Assembly: GCA_951406725.2 (NCBI GenBank)
Contig: OX597815.1
Span: forward strand, 74,214,001-74,278,000
DNA length: 64,000 nt
Direction: 5' to 3'
DNA from: Octopus vulgaris
Lineage: Eukaryota
Part shown: one piece after another, positions 1 to 13,338 of the stretch
Numbering within the stretch: the stretch's first letter is position 1
How the letters are laid out: every line of letters starts with the position of its first letter
Notes under the pieces: model-generated
Databases searched by the model: none
What the model was told of the DNA's origin: nothing
The model's input: only the letters and a program-made list of their open reading frames with translations
Program-made: the position numbers and the translations under genes

Positions 1-1039
1 ATAAACATGCAAGTCATATAAACCTTGATTTTTCCCTTTTAAGAAAACTTTTGGAAAATTTGTCTTCTATTGATCTTGTCGGACATTATTTACAAAACAG
101 CAGTCTATCTATTGATAATATTCTGATTAGTCAGGGCCATCAAATGTTTTCTTTTCTTTTAGGGGGTACCTCTGATGTCTTTGGAGCTGATAAAATAAGT
201 ACAGCAGTGTATTAAGGTTGATTCACTTGATTGTAGCACTTTCCTAAAAAAAAATTATTGGTTTGCTACCCTGCACTAAACATACATCCCCTACTTCTTC
301 CACTCACTTCTGGCACCCCTGTTCTTTTCATTCCTCCTGCCTTGTACCTTGAAAATATACTCTGATACCTCATCACCAATTTTCAGCTCCACCCTCCAAT
401 CTCTCTTCTAAAACATGAGCAGTCATATAGTTCTTAAGCAAGAAACCAGCTTTGCTCCTTTCCTCCCATATTCTTCATGCTATTCTTCTACCATAAAGTT
501 TTACCTCTCCACTTGAGGTTCATAGTTTTGCAAGCTGCATGGCAACCTCACTTGTGCTGAAAATATGAAAAGAAAAAAAAAAGCACCCAGTACACACTTT
601 AAAATGATTGATGTTAAGGGCTTCCAACTGTAGAATCATGCCAAACAGACACTGGAGCACAATGCAGTTCTTGGACTCATCAGATCCTTTTGAACTGTCC
701 AACCCATGAAGCCTGAAACAATGATGATATGCCTATATATAAGGAAGAACGATATATATAGTGCATTGCACTGTTGAATATACTTTTCAGCACAATTTTA
801 TATTAGCAAGAATACATTTTTTTTTAACAGCATCTTGTCTCTTAGATTAAACATCTAGTAAACTTGCTTTTAGTTGGAATTTCTTTTCTTGTTTATGGTC
901 CAATTTTTTTATTCTGAATATTTAGTTGTTATTTTTGCATAACACATGTAATATATAATGTTGGTATTCTAAATTTTATTTTGAAACTGTTGAGTTTGAT
1001 AGAAAACCAAATTCTAGTCACTGTTAGTGCCTTTAGGAA

Positions 1040-1325
1040 AGGCAGTGGTATGGGCATGTGTTGAGGAAGGATGAGGAGCATGTTCAGAAGAGGGTGCTAG
1101 TGTTTGAGGTAAATGGACAGTAAAAGCGAGGTAGACCAAGGAAAATGTGGAGGGGACAGGTGGAGGAGGAAGAGATTGGGAGGATTGGCTTGAGAAGGGA
1201 GGACACCCAAAACTGGGCAAGATGACAAGATGGTGTGAGGGCAGTTGCTATGGCAATGTGGTATATCTGGCCACCCTCGTTAACGGGGACAAAACCTAGA
1301 TTCAAAATGATGGATGGTGATGATA
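1040..1325 (+). mobile_element. RTE-clade LINE 3' end fragment
   Basis: Translates as WYGHVLRKDEEHVQKRVLVFEVNGQ*KRGRPRKMW (RTE C-terminal WxGHV...RGRP motif), then a short 3' UTR ending in a gatg/gat repeat tail. Confidence 0.75.
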
Positions 1326-2089
1326 AATACCACAAGTTTTTCATGCTTTTATTTTAGTTAATTCAAGTCAGCTTTGATTGAGCCAAGACCTGTGGTCAAA
1401 GGTTTTTCAGCAATAACTGTATCATTTTTTTAAATAATGTATCTGAGACTACAAAATCTTGTGTGTCTTTCATGTCAACAAATATTATAGGCTGTGATTC
1501 ACTAGAGATTTAGCTGCTGTTCTTGGAGGTTGAGTAACTACAGAGGAGAGGATTCTTTGTTTATATTTTGTAGTTATTTATTTGTATATAACAAACAACC
1601 TGCATTTCAACCAATTCAAAAATCAGATGTTTGTTACTCAACAGAGTTTTTAGAATTTCAAAATAGTTTTTTATGTAGAGTTTTTGAAGTTATTGAAATA
1701 TATTTTTTTTTGTTTTTATTTATTTAGTTTCTCAATTATTTTGTTTTTGGTTTGTAAATTCTTTCCCTGGAGACAAATAGATTTATACAGGTCATAGTAT
1801 CATGTGAATCAGAATGCAAATGTTTTTTATGTCTGTAGTCTGTAACTTGTGATAATTTATTCAGAAAGGTGGGGGGGAATGCAGTATTTTCCACTCTACT
1901 GATGAAATATAATATATAAAAATTGTAATGTAAGAAACATTCGTAATGATGGAAAATGTAAATAAATTGTAAATTCATATTTTATTTTAATATTTTTTCA
2001 TGCAAAAAAAGAAAAGAATAAGAAAAAGTACATATTTTGAAGCACTGCTTAAAACCAACGAATGGAAATTTAGAACATAGAACACCAAA

Positions 2090-2250
2090 CATACATACAT
2101 ATGTGTGTGTGTATGTATATATATATACACACACACACACATATATACATGCACACACACATGCACGTACACATATACATGTACATACACATACACGCAC
2201 TCACACACACATATGCACACATACACACTTTCTCACATACATACAAACAT
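2090..2250. repeat. Compound (TG)/(TA)/(CA) microsatellite
   Basis: Direct reading; explains four overlapping pseudo-ORFs. Confidence 0.9.
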
Positions 2251-2559
2251 AGACCTTAAAATTCTTTTCTTTTTCTTATCAGTTTCATCATATAAATTTT
2301 CACATCAAATCTTAAGCGCTCTAATTAATGAGATAAGGCAGTAACTAATTAAATAATGAATGCTTATTTCATTTTAACTCTAGCTCTTTATAGTAATCTT
2401 TCAGTATACCTGTTTTTTTTTCATTTTTGAATTTCAATTGAGTTTACTGAAAAAAAGTAACCTCATTCCTGCCTCTGAGAAATAGACCAATAAACCATAA
2501 ATTATCTTTACAGTCACTCCTCTTAATAATTTTATTTACCAAATCCTTGAAACAGCATG

Positions 2560-2590
<31 letters not shown>

Positions 2591-3159
2591 CATTGTCACT
2601 ATCATCATCAGCATCTTAGAGTCTGAGATACTGATTGTGTTGCCTCAGTATCCTTATGCCAACTTGTTTAGTTCGTGATATCATTCTGTTTTTAAGATGT
2701 TTACTAAATAACCACTTTACATCATATTTCATCACTGTTGAAATGGGTTGAGAGATGAAACTTGGCACAGATGTGCAGAACATTTCAACTTGCTAGTAAG
2801 CCTGCTAGCCTTCATCTTCTTCCTTCTCCTTCTCTTCTTCTCTGTGGCTGTAGTGGCAAGCGGTAATTGTACAGTGTGTGTGTGGGGTGGGGTGGGGGAT
2901 ACTCTCCTTATTAAGTGTTATGTTTACATGGGATTCTTGTGGAAATGGTTTTTATGAGCCTTGGTTGCTATTATTTGCAACTACTGGAGCTTTTTTCTCA
3001 ATTACTTAATGTACAGTGACCACAAGATACAGTTTTAATGGCTGCATTTCCTCTTTATTTCATTTTCTGTCTGAGTTTTGGTAAGTGATTTCCTTTTTTT
3101 GCACCCCTTCCTCTGTATTATCTGGACTAGCAAACCCAATAAGATTTTTTGCCTTTTAT

Positions 3160-3570
3160 CCATTACTTATTTCAGTCACTGGACTGTGACCACATTGGAG
3201 CATCATTTTGAAGAGCTGTATTTTTTTCTTTTTTCTTTCAAAGTCTGGGACAATTCTGTTAGTCTGTTCACTGAACTACTAAGTTACAGGGACAGCAACA
3301 CCAGTTGTCAAGTGGTGGGGACAGTGGGGACAAAAGCACTCACCTATGCATGCATGCACGCACGCTTGCGCACACACACATGTATGTATGTATGTATGTA
3401 TGTATGTGTGTGTGTATGATGGGCTTCCACACACTTTGTCTACCAAATTCACTCATAAGGCATTGGTCAGCTTGAGGCTGTTGTAGAAGACACTTGCCCT
3501 AGGTGCCATGTAGTGGGACTGAACCTGAAACCATATGGTTGTAAGGTGAGCATTTTAACCACACAACCAT
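3160..3570 (-). mobile_element. SINE family A (head ggctgtgtggttaagaagc..., CORE-like ccttgggcaagtgtctt)
   Basis: Reverse complement of the head repeated more than 20 times in the window, with a central (TG/CA)n tract. Confidence 0.7.
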
Positions 3571-3649
3571 AATTAGTTATAAAATAGTTTTGTCTGAAAA
3601 ATTAGTAATTAGTAGTATATTTGAATTTTTTATATTTCACAAAGAGTTA

Positions 3650-3870
3650 AGGCAGTGAGGTGGCTGAATCATTAGCATGCTGAGCAAAATGCTTAGCAAC
3701 ATTTCATCCCTCTTTACATTCTGAGTTCAAATTCTGCTGGGGTCCACTTTGCTTTTCATCCTTTTGAGGATTGATAAAATAGTGCCAGTTCAGCACTTGA
3801 GGGATTGATGTAATTGACTTATCTCATCCCTTGAACTTGCTGTTTTTGTGCTAAAATTTGAAACCAATAT
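3650..3870 (+). mobile_element. SINE family B (head ggcagtgaggtggctgaatcattagcatgc...ctgagttcaaattc)
   Basis: Pol III A/B-box-like head. Related copies at about 15475-15675(-), 32360-32555(-), 32595-32812(-), 36040-36245(+), 38680-38890(-), 53260-53445(-), 59735-59925(+) and 60822-61035(-). Confidence 0.68.
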
Positions 3871-4016
3871 TTCACAAAGAGAAAAAATTTTTTTTATGTT
3901 GCTGTTTTCTTTTAGTAGTTATGTAGTATGAAATGACTGATTAGATAACAAATCTTTAATTAATGAAATTAAATCTCTCTGTATGAGTTTTGTTGTCTTT
4001 TCTTTGTGAATGATAC

Positions 4017-4238
4017 TTAACCCTTTTGTTACTGTATTTATTTTGAGATGCTCTGTGTTTCTTTCAATTACTTTAAATAGAATGAAGAATTTAGTAAAAT
4101 AACTTAGTTATCATTCAGCTGGTGTTAGAAACATAAAGTGTGACTAAGGTTTGGTGGAAAATTTTAATTCAAAACTTATGAAAACAAAAAATTTGTAGCC
4201 AGAGCCTGTTTCAGCCAGGTTGGTAATGAAAGGGTTAA
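4017..4238. mobile_element. piggyBac-type MITE, family 1
   Basis: TTAA|cccttttgttac ... gtaatgaaaggg|TTAA termini. Confidence 0.75.
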
Positions 4239-4922
4239 CCCTTTTCTTTTTACCCTGTTTCTGTTGAAATTACATTGCTTTTGTTTCAATTATCATTATC
4301 ATCATTTAACATCTGTGTTCCATGCTGGCATAGGATGGATGGTTCAACAGGATTCAATGAGCTGAAGGGTTGTGAAGAAATTTTGAGTATTTAGGCCCAG
4401 GCATGGTGGGGTGGTTAAATATTTTGCTTCCTGACTACATGATTTTGAGTTTAGTCCTATTGCATGACAGGATCTGACTAGTCCTAGGGCTACAGACATT
4501 AAAAAAAAACACATTTGCATTCTAATTCACATAATACTATAATCTGCATAAATGTATTTGTCTTTTAGAGAAGAGTTTATAAAACAAAACCTAAACCAAA
4601 ATAATTGAAAAACTATTTATGGAGTCTCCATTGTAAGCTTTGGTGTGGTATCTATGGCTGGGCACCCTTCCTAATGCTGACCACTTCATAGTATGTACTG
4701 GGTGCTTTTTCATGGCATCAGTACTAGTGAGATCACCAAGTAAAACTTGTTTCAGTTTATTTTGAAAATAATAAGGAACTGTTGTTAAACCGATGTTTGG
4801 GACTTAAATTGATACAAGATTTAGATGGGAACTTTTAATTTAAATCACTTTTAAACAGAAAGCTTGCATCATTGAACCAGTGGGTGGGTTAGTATCAAGT
4901 GGGTTGATATCAAAAGTGTTAA
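4235..4922. mobile_element. Second family-1 MITE sharing the TTAA of the first, interrupted by SINE pieces (about 4290-4745)
   Basis: Starts ttaacccttt at 4235. The body resumes at about 4747 (ttgtttcagtttattttgaaaataat) and ends caaaagtgttaa. Confidence 0.6.
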
Positions 4923-5842
4923 TAATTGTATTTGCTTCAGATTACCTAGCTAGAAGTGCTAGATTTTCTAAGTAAGTTATCTGTGATAGACTGCTATGTT
5001 TGCAAGGGGACATTTGTCTCGTGTTTGTTTAACATTTGAAAATTGAAGAAGTCATTTTACACAAAATGCTTTATTCAATAAAAACAAACTTCCCAGCACT
5101 TTTCTTATTATATGTCTTTAAAAAATAAGACTTAAGAAATCAATGCTACTTCTTAGTGTTTATTCACTATTTGATTGGATTTTATGAGAAATATGTTTAG
5201 TATTCACCTTCTTTCACTTCAGTTTTGCTTTAGTTGTATTAACATTGTTAACAAAGTCGATAGCGCTTGCATAAAATACCCTGCAGTATTCAGTTACATC
5301 TCTTTAACTTCATCATCATCATTGTTTAACGTTCGCTTTCTATTCTATCATGGGTTGGACAATTTGACTCATTCTGATCTGGCAAAGTTTCTATAGCTGG
5401 ATGCCCTTCCTAACGCCAACCACTCCGAGAGTGTAGTGGGTGCTTTTAGTAGTAATAATATTCTTGATGCTGATGATGATGATAATAATGATATTAAAAA
5501 ACTTTGCCTAGGTCAACATTGGCTTTATTTCTTTTAGAGATCAGTAAAATAAAATTATCCTTCAAGTACCCTATTTGTGCCTGTGTTACAAATATTTGTA
5601 ATTAGAGAAATATAGAAAATGATTTGCTTTACACATGCTATTTATTTTCAAGTGTGTGTGTATTATTTGGTATTATTGATCAGCTTGTTCAAAAGTGGTA
5701 AAATATTTACTGATTGTGGGGTTCTATTAAGCAGATTGAAAATGTATTGATAGTATTGATTTGACTAGGACTTTAGGTTTTGCCTTTAATGGTGTATTTA
5801 ATCAAGGGTTCAAGTCAAATTAATTCTAAGAACTTTCAAGAA

Positions 5843-5881
<39 letters not shown>

Positions 5882-7235
5882 GATAATGTTTACTGATTTA
5901 ATAAATATATTTGTGCAATGTAGAATGTTTTCATTCATTTGTCTTATGAAGACAGCCTGGTTGCACCAAATGAAACTTTATCTCAGAATTAAAGAATCAA
6001 TTGTTACATTCGTACTAAAATTGATGTCTGGAATTGATATCCTTTGTTTTAGAGATGGAAGAAATTTTGAGTGTATAGGTGTAGACATAGTCGACTGGTT
6101 GAGAATTTTGCTTCCCAACAACATGGTTTGCGCTTCAGTCTCACTGCATGGCATTTGGGTAGATGTCTTCTGCTATAATCCTGGATCCATCAAACCCTTG
6201 TAAGTGAAAGAAGCCAGTTGCATGTATGCTTGCATACATGTATGTGTATGTGCATATATCATCATTAGCACCACCATTTAATGCCTGTTTCTCTATACTT
6301 CTTTGGGTTGGATGGTTTTACAGAAACTAGCAAGCCAGAACACTGCTTCAAGCTCCAAAGTCTGCTTTGGCATGGTTTTTATTACTGAATGTCCTTCCTA
6401 ATGCCTGCTACTTTTCAGTGTGTACTGGGTGCTTTTTTCATGACATCAGTACTTTGTGGAGGTCATCAAGTAAATTGTAAGACAAGGCCCCTCTACTGAG
6501 TGGGTGGGTAGGTGTGTTATCGAGGGAGGTGGCTTTATGCCAACACACACACTTCCAAGCTAAACTTAACATGTCTTATGTAACACATACAATTACTGAT
6601 TAGTTTTTTTTCTCTGGTCTAATTAATTACCAGTGGTCGTTTGCATCATTGCGGATGTGTGTGTGTGTTTGTTTCGTTGCCTTGACATTGTATGAAAGTT
6701 GTAAACAAGTAATCACTGTTATATAAGCTGTGTCCCTTGTTTCTAGTGTTTTGTGAAAACATGTCCAGCCGTATTGAAATACTACCTTGCTTGGAAACAA
6801 GGTGAGTGTTAGTAGCAGTAAGTGCATTTGGCCATAGAAACTCTACATTAACAAATTCCCTCTGTTTAACCCATGCAAGCATGGTACAGTGGACTTTATA
6901 ACGATGATGGTGCTCTATCATCAAGTGTAAATTTAATAGAGTTTTAGTAGTTATTTTAGGTATCCATGATTTATTACAGCTAATAATATTTCTTTTATAA
7001 GATGGTGAGCACCAACTTCCATTCTTAATGTTATTCACTTAGCTCTGCTGCATTGATTTATCATTATTGCATCGCCTTTTGTAGAGTAATGATAAGCTTA
7101 TCTTTTTAAATGTAGCTTATGTTAATGTTTGCAAGTAATTGCTTTTGTAATTTAACATATTAAGAAATGAAACTCTCTTCGTTTATGGTGATTATTTTCA
7201 GTTGTTTCCTGATTTTAAGAATCAATTTCATGCAT

Positions 7236-7268
<33 letters not shown>

Positions 7269-7720
7269 GTAAGGATAAGGATGGAAAAAAACAAAACAAA
7301 AAAACTATCTTGTTTCTTGTTTTTTTTTCTTCCACATCTCAAGTTACTTCATGTTGATGGTGCTGGTGTGAGATATGTTGGCAATGGTATTAAGATGGAT
7401 CAGTTTACCTAAATATAGATTTAATCTGAATTATCATGCTGCAGTGACCTTTCAGTATAAAGCGGTTTAAATATATCATTGTAGCTAATAACATATTCCC
7501 TTATATTGATAGTAAAAAAAAAATGGTTCAGACTATTCTTTTATAGGGGAAATGCACAGGATTACATCATCTTTACTTTTATGTGGCTGAGAGTTGTTTG
7601 CAGCCTTTTATGGATTGCAACAGAGGGAGACCAACAGTTTTTTTCCCCCCATTAGTATCAAATTTCGAAGCTTAAACTCTAGTTTATAAAGAAATATTTT
7701 TTTTTTAAAACAACTTTATT

Positions 7721-8084
7721 CCTTTTGTTACTATATTTCTGTGGAAATAAACTGTTTTTATTTCAATTAATTTGGAAACTAATTAAAAATTTTGTAAGAT
7801 AACTTTGCCATTATTAAGCTAGTGTTTAGGATATAAAGTAACATGAAATTTTGATGGAAAGTTTTGTTATCTATTTCTGTTGAAATATACTGCCTGTATA
7901 TCACTTAATCTTGGAAATAATTAAAAATTTAGTAAAATACCTCTGTCATTATTTTTAACTGGTGTTTAGGATGAAATTAACATGTAATTTTGATGGGAGG
8001 GTTTAATATATATCACTTTTAAACAGGAAGTTTCTATCATAGACCTAAGAGTGATCTTGGGTAGTTTAGTACTGGAAGGGTTAA
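7721..8084. mobile_element. piggyBac-type MITE, family 1, with internal partial duplication
   Basis: ccttttgttactatatttc start. The body segment is repeated (about 7735-7865 and 7873-8000). Ends ggaagggttaa. Confidence 0.6.
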
Positions 8085-8307
8085 GCAGTGCAGGCTAGAA
8101 TTTAGTTAAAATATGTGAGTTGTTAACAATAAATGAAGATGAGATGAAACTTTATGTAACACATACTTTATGTAACACATACTTATGTAACACATAAGTT
8201 GTTTAATGCTTCTATTATATTTCGGGAAATCATCCCATTATCAAATATAAGATAGAAAATATTCAAGGGTCTTGAGAAAAAGTGCTATTGTTGATAGGCA
8301 AAAGAAT

Positions 8308-8830
8308 TGTTGTTGTGATCCCCTTTGGTCATGAATGACCTTGGGATTGCACCTAGAAAGTTACCCTTCCGAGGCACAAGTCTGGGCAAGGTTGTTTATG
8401 GAAGACCAGCAGTCGCCCATGCATACCAGCCTCCCCACTCCACGTCACTGATATTATCCAAGGGAAAAGCAAAGGCCGATACAGCTTGACACCAGTGACG
8501 TCGCAGTTCATTTATTAACGTGCAAGTGGCTGAGCACTTCACAGATGTGCGTACCTTTCATGCAGTTCTCGAGGAGATTCAGCGTGACAAAGAGTGTGAC
8601 AAGGCTGGCCCTTTGAAATACAGGTACAACAGAAACAGGAAGAAAGAGTGAGAGAAAGTTGTGGTGAAAGAGTACAACAGGGTTCACCCCACCCCCCCAC
8701 ACACACCTGCCGGAACCTTGTGGAGCTTTAGGTGTTTTCACTCAATAAACACAATCCCCAGTCTGGAAATCGAAACCGCGATCCTATGACTGCGAGTCCG
8801 CTGCCCTAACCACTGGGCCATTGCGCCTCC
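8308..8830 (-). mobile_element. Intact tRNA-derived SINE (octopus OR-type) with a 14-bp TSD
   Basis: Minus-strand head GGAGGCGCAATGGCCCAGTGG (A box) ... GGTTTCGATTTCC (B box), 3' ggtcattcatgacc stem-loop and (CAA)n tail. TSD ataggcaaaagaat at 8294-8307 and 8831-8844. Confidence 0.88.
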
Positions 8831-9289
8831 ATAGGCAAAAGAATATACTTCTGTTATTCAATGAAATTTGATTGTTTCCATTTTGTTTTCCATATCACTG
8901 ATAATCAAAATAATTTTTTTCTCCCTTCAGAGATAAAATTGATTCTTTCAGAATGTGTTTTGAACGCTAATTCCAAATTTATTTTTCATCTTTTCCTCTT
9001 GTATGTCTAATTTTTGGAATATGAATTTTATGCATTACTTGAATTGAATCACAGCATACACATGATTAATTCATAAATAATTAATGTTATGCTCATTTGT
9101 ATTTTATAAATTCAATGCTAGGAATGCATGTAATTGAAGAATATACATTATACAAGTTTTTAGGTCAACTCAAGATGGCACAAACATCATGCACACACGC
9201 ACATATGCACGCGCGCGCACGCCCACACATGTACAGACATGCAGTGGCTATCAACTCCTAGCCAAATATGATCATCACTAACAAATTAT

Positions 9290-10290
9290 CTTATCATCAT
9301 CATCATCATCATTTAACGTCTGTTGTCTATGCTGGCATGGGTTGGATGGTTTGACTGGGCTGGCATGCTTGAAGGCTGCACCAGACTCCAGTCGGATTTG
9401 GCATGGTTTTCTATGGCTGAATGCCCTTCCTAACACTAACCACTCTGAGAGTGTAACAGTTGCTTTTACATGACACCAGGATGTGTTTACGTGCCACCAG
9501 CACAGATACCGATTTGGATGACATTGGTATCTGCCATGACTGATTTTGCTTTGCTTGATGAGTCTTCTTCTCAAGCACAACATAATGCCAAAGGTCTTGG
9601 TTATTGCTTCCGTTAGACCCAACACTTAAAAGGAACTCAGCCACTTCGCCTCTGTGAGGCTCAACATTCAAAAGATGTTCTTTATGTGCTATCAGCATGG
9701 ATGCACTTGGTTTGACAGGTCCTCTCAAGCAGGGGACTGTCAATTTGGGTAGCTGTTCCCTCAATTGGGTCAACATTTGGCAGACTCTCCTCCCATTCAT
9801 TCTCCACATTCAGCAGTCTTTCATAATGGCATCTCCAAGCCTCTTTCTTTGCAGATTCCTTAAAAGCAAGTGCACCATCATCCATGCAAATTCATTTCTC
9901 TCCTATGGCATCACAATTTTCTCTCACACACTGTCTTGCAATCTGAAATACTTCAGTTCTTTGGTCCTCATGATGCTGAACATAGGCAAACTTCTTCTTT
10001 TCTGCTTCATGCTTGGCTAGATATATCTGTCTCCTAGCTTCTCTTATGGCTATCTGATACAGTTCCCTACTGCCCCCACACTTCCAGGCCTTCCAAGCCT
10101 GTTTCTTTGCTCTAATGGCCTTGTTTACGGTATTTTTCCACTACCATATTTCTCTAGGTCTGGAAGGGGCTTTGCACCAGCCACAAATTTGGTCTGTGGC
10201 ACTCAGCAAACTGTCTCACAGGAATTCCCAGTTGCTCTCTATGTCACAAGTTTGTAGATCCTCCCTCCCTCTCATAAAATTTCTCAATTA
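9290..10290 (-). mobile_element. Internally deleted RTE-like LINE (EN-RT linker joined to the 3' tail)
   Basis: The minus strand encodes ...KKQAWKAWK...KKEAWRCHYERLLNVENEWE..., then jumps at about 9725 to the 3' end and (GAT)n tail shared with many SINE copies. No RT core is present. Confidence 0.7.
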
Positions 10291-13123
10291 GAATGTCCCT
10301 AAGATATTAAAGACAATGGCTGTCAGCAATTCCCATGCTGAAATTCAAAGTCAATAACAGCTTGTGCAATACTGCTAAAACTCTCACCCACAGAGCCTAG
10401 TAGTTTGAAAAGATCTCTGGCTTTACAATGAAGCAACTGTTATTTTGTATTTTCCCTCTCTTAAAGAGATGTCTAAACAAAAACTAGGGGTCTCTCTACT
10501 GTGTTCATCTGACCCTTGACAGTTTTATTTTCCGTTCTGCTGGGTGTCCAACAAAAACCACCCTCCTTACCAAGCAGGCTTGGTAGAGTTGACTACTTAG
10601 TCACTGACAGCCTAGCCATGCAACAGGTTATAACTGGGTTACAGGTTACCAGTAGCACTAAGAGTGAACTTAGACACACAGACACATATGACTGGATTTT
10701 TTTAGTTTCCATCTACCAAATCTACTTACAAGGCTTTTGTTGACCCTAGGCTGTATTAGAAGATATTTGTCCAAGGTAAGCCTGAACACAAAACCATGTA
10801 GTAGAGAAGCAAACTTCTTAACCACACAGTTATACCTGTTTTAAATATGATTTTATAAACTTGGTCAGAGCTGTCCATGTTGCATCATCCACAATTGTCA
10901 GCAGTTATATTTTTATTCCAAACTCCCTAAATACAGTAATACCTTGGTAGCACTATAGATATATTTCTAAAAATGCAGTGCTAAAAGATGCAACACTGGG
11001 GGATGTATCTTAAATATAGATACATAGTAACATAGCATAGAGATATAAGATTGATAGGCTATTTTTAACAGTGATGCAGACACAAATGAAGACGATAAAC
11101 ATTGCCAAATGGCTGAGAAATCCAGAGCTTTACTGTCAAACTCTCCAAACACTTAAGAACTTTAGATAACCTCACATGTGATATGATGTTACTTATCATA
11201 ATCTAAATTTATACAGGAATCAGAAAATTAGTTGAATTACTTGAGGTCTAATATTTTAAAATTATTGAGTGATTTGAATTGACTTTAATCAGAATTATAC
11301 AAATCTAAACAGCCTTAATTCAGTTGAAAAGCTGTAGTGTGAAGAATATAGGACATACAAAAAGAGCTATGCCTGGGATTAGGATCTAAGCTGAGGGCTC
11401 CCCCCCCACTTATTGGTTACTTTTTAAAGAACACATCTAATGTTGTCTTCATTTTGTGAGTTGCAAGACACCTGTGCTTATCCCTCTATTATATTTAGCC
11501 TCCCAACACCTTGGTATAAAGCTATCTCTATCCTATCACAAATACTCTCTTCACTTAGTTGAAGGGTCTTTCTTTACTCTTGTTATTTTTGTGACTGGCA
11601 AGTTACTTTGTGACCTCACTAGTGCTGGTGGCAGGGGGGGGGGGAAGCATCCAATATGCTCTGTAAAGTGGTTGGCATTAGAAGTGCATGCAGTTGTAGA
11701 AACTACACTAAAGCTGACATTGGCACTTGATGCAATTCTGCAAAGTCACTGGATTCTATCAAACTGTCCAACCCATTCCAGTATGGAAAATGGATTTCTG
11801 ATGATGATGATGATATGTGTTTGCAAAGTTGTCAGTATGTTGATGCTTGAATTTATACTGTTTTTAATTAGTTTAATTGGTCTGGAAAATATCTTAGATT
11901 TCATTTTAATGAAGTTTACTTTATTTACTAAATAAGATACCTGATGCTATTGAAATTGTTGCTTTTTTCTTTTTTTTTAGATTTTTGGACAACTATCAAA
12001 ATTAGAAATTTTGTAACGTAAATACAAAATTGGAAGAACTAATTTTAGTGATTTGCAAAAAATGCTTTAGAGATTAGCAATATGGAAACTTTATATCAAA
12101 AGCTTTGTCTATATCTAATGCAACCATTTTAATGCTGAATTGCTGAAAAAGAACATTTAGAGATACGCAATTCACTGTTCTGTCTGTTATCCTTTACTTG
12201 TTTCGGCCATAAAACTGTGGTCATGCTAGGGCACCACCTTAATCCTGGTACATATTCTATCTGTCTATTGTAGAACTGCCAAGTTGCAGAAAGAAACCAG
12301 CACTATTTGCCCAGCAGTGAGGGAAGAAAAGCATCCCATCCTACATATATATTTATGTGATGGACTTCCACATTTTCCTTTAAATTTACTTACAAGGCAT
12401 TGGATGGCCTGGGGATATAAAAGAAGAGACTTGTTCAAGGTGCTGTGCTGTGGGAATGAACCTGAAGTTAGTTGGTTGCAAAGCAATCTTCTTAACCACA
12501 CAGTAATGCCTCCTTGATGGAATTTATTGAACTCTTAAATTCTGACACCTAAATTTCCAGATTGTTTTTTGAGACTGTTAAGCTTGTTTATTATTTCTTC
12601 TTCCTCTTTAATTTGAAAATACAGGAATATTTAATAGTAATTTGATAGAATGATGAAAGAGTTTGTTTATACAAAAAATATCTTAAGATGTAGGATAACT
12701 AAAATCTGTGTAATGAGCTGTGTTGTGCTGTTAGTTTGGCTTTAAAACTCCTAATGAAGCTAGGCCAATTTAGTGAATTACGATGCAAATGGGGAAATCA
12801 ACACAGAGTTAAATGCTATGACAGCAGGTAGCTGTTTATGTCATATTGTGTATTATATAAATATGTGTAAGATGAAATAAAAAACTGAATTTTTGTGGTG
12901 TATGATAATGAAGTTCTGTTGCAATTAGTAAACATTGTAATAATGTAAAAAGCAGAAAGTACCCGAGTTGTATTTGGACATGTGGTATAGGTATTTGTTT
13001 AGGAATAATTAGAGGTTATTGGGAGGCAGGTATCTTCAGATCAGAGTCATGTCCTGACTGCTTGCAGCAGAGTGAACACTGCTATATGTACCCAACATGT
13101 TGGTGTTGAACAAGATGATGGAT

Positions 13124-13338
13124 GAACCCTTTGGCATTTAAACTGGCTATATCCAGCCCAAATATTCTACCTGTTTTATGGTCAAACTGGCAAGATCCAA
13201 CCCCTTACACATACCCTACAATGTCATTCTAAAAATAAGTCACATCAAAATCTCAAAGCTACAAAGTAATGCATGATTAATTCAAGATAATGTGAATAAA
13301 TAAGCATTACATTTGATAGAATAATCTGGATGCTTAAT
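13124..13338. mobile_element. piggyBac-type MITE, family 2 (reverse orientation)
   Basis: aaccctttggcatttaaactggctatatcc is the reverse complement of the end of the 45287 copy. Confidence 0.55.

Noticed and set aside
1982-2344. Overlapping 70-80 aa ORFs (VCVC/HTHT), and similar ones at 7.2, 36.3, 37.0 and 59.5 kb
   Set aside because: Translations of dinucleotide microsatellites.
8755-8830. Possible tRNA gene
   Set aside because: tRNA-like head of a SINE with body, tail and TSD; no complete cloverleaf or terminator.
11456-11935. 159-aa ORF
   Set aside because: Runs through a SINE/RTE tail and a (GAT)n tract; no protein-family motifs.
11981-12017. Exon after the T-rich acceptor at 11980
   Set aside because: Only a weak donor (c|gtaaat) and no other support.
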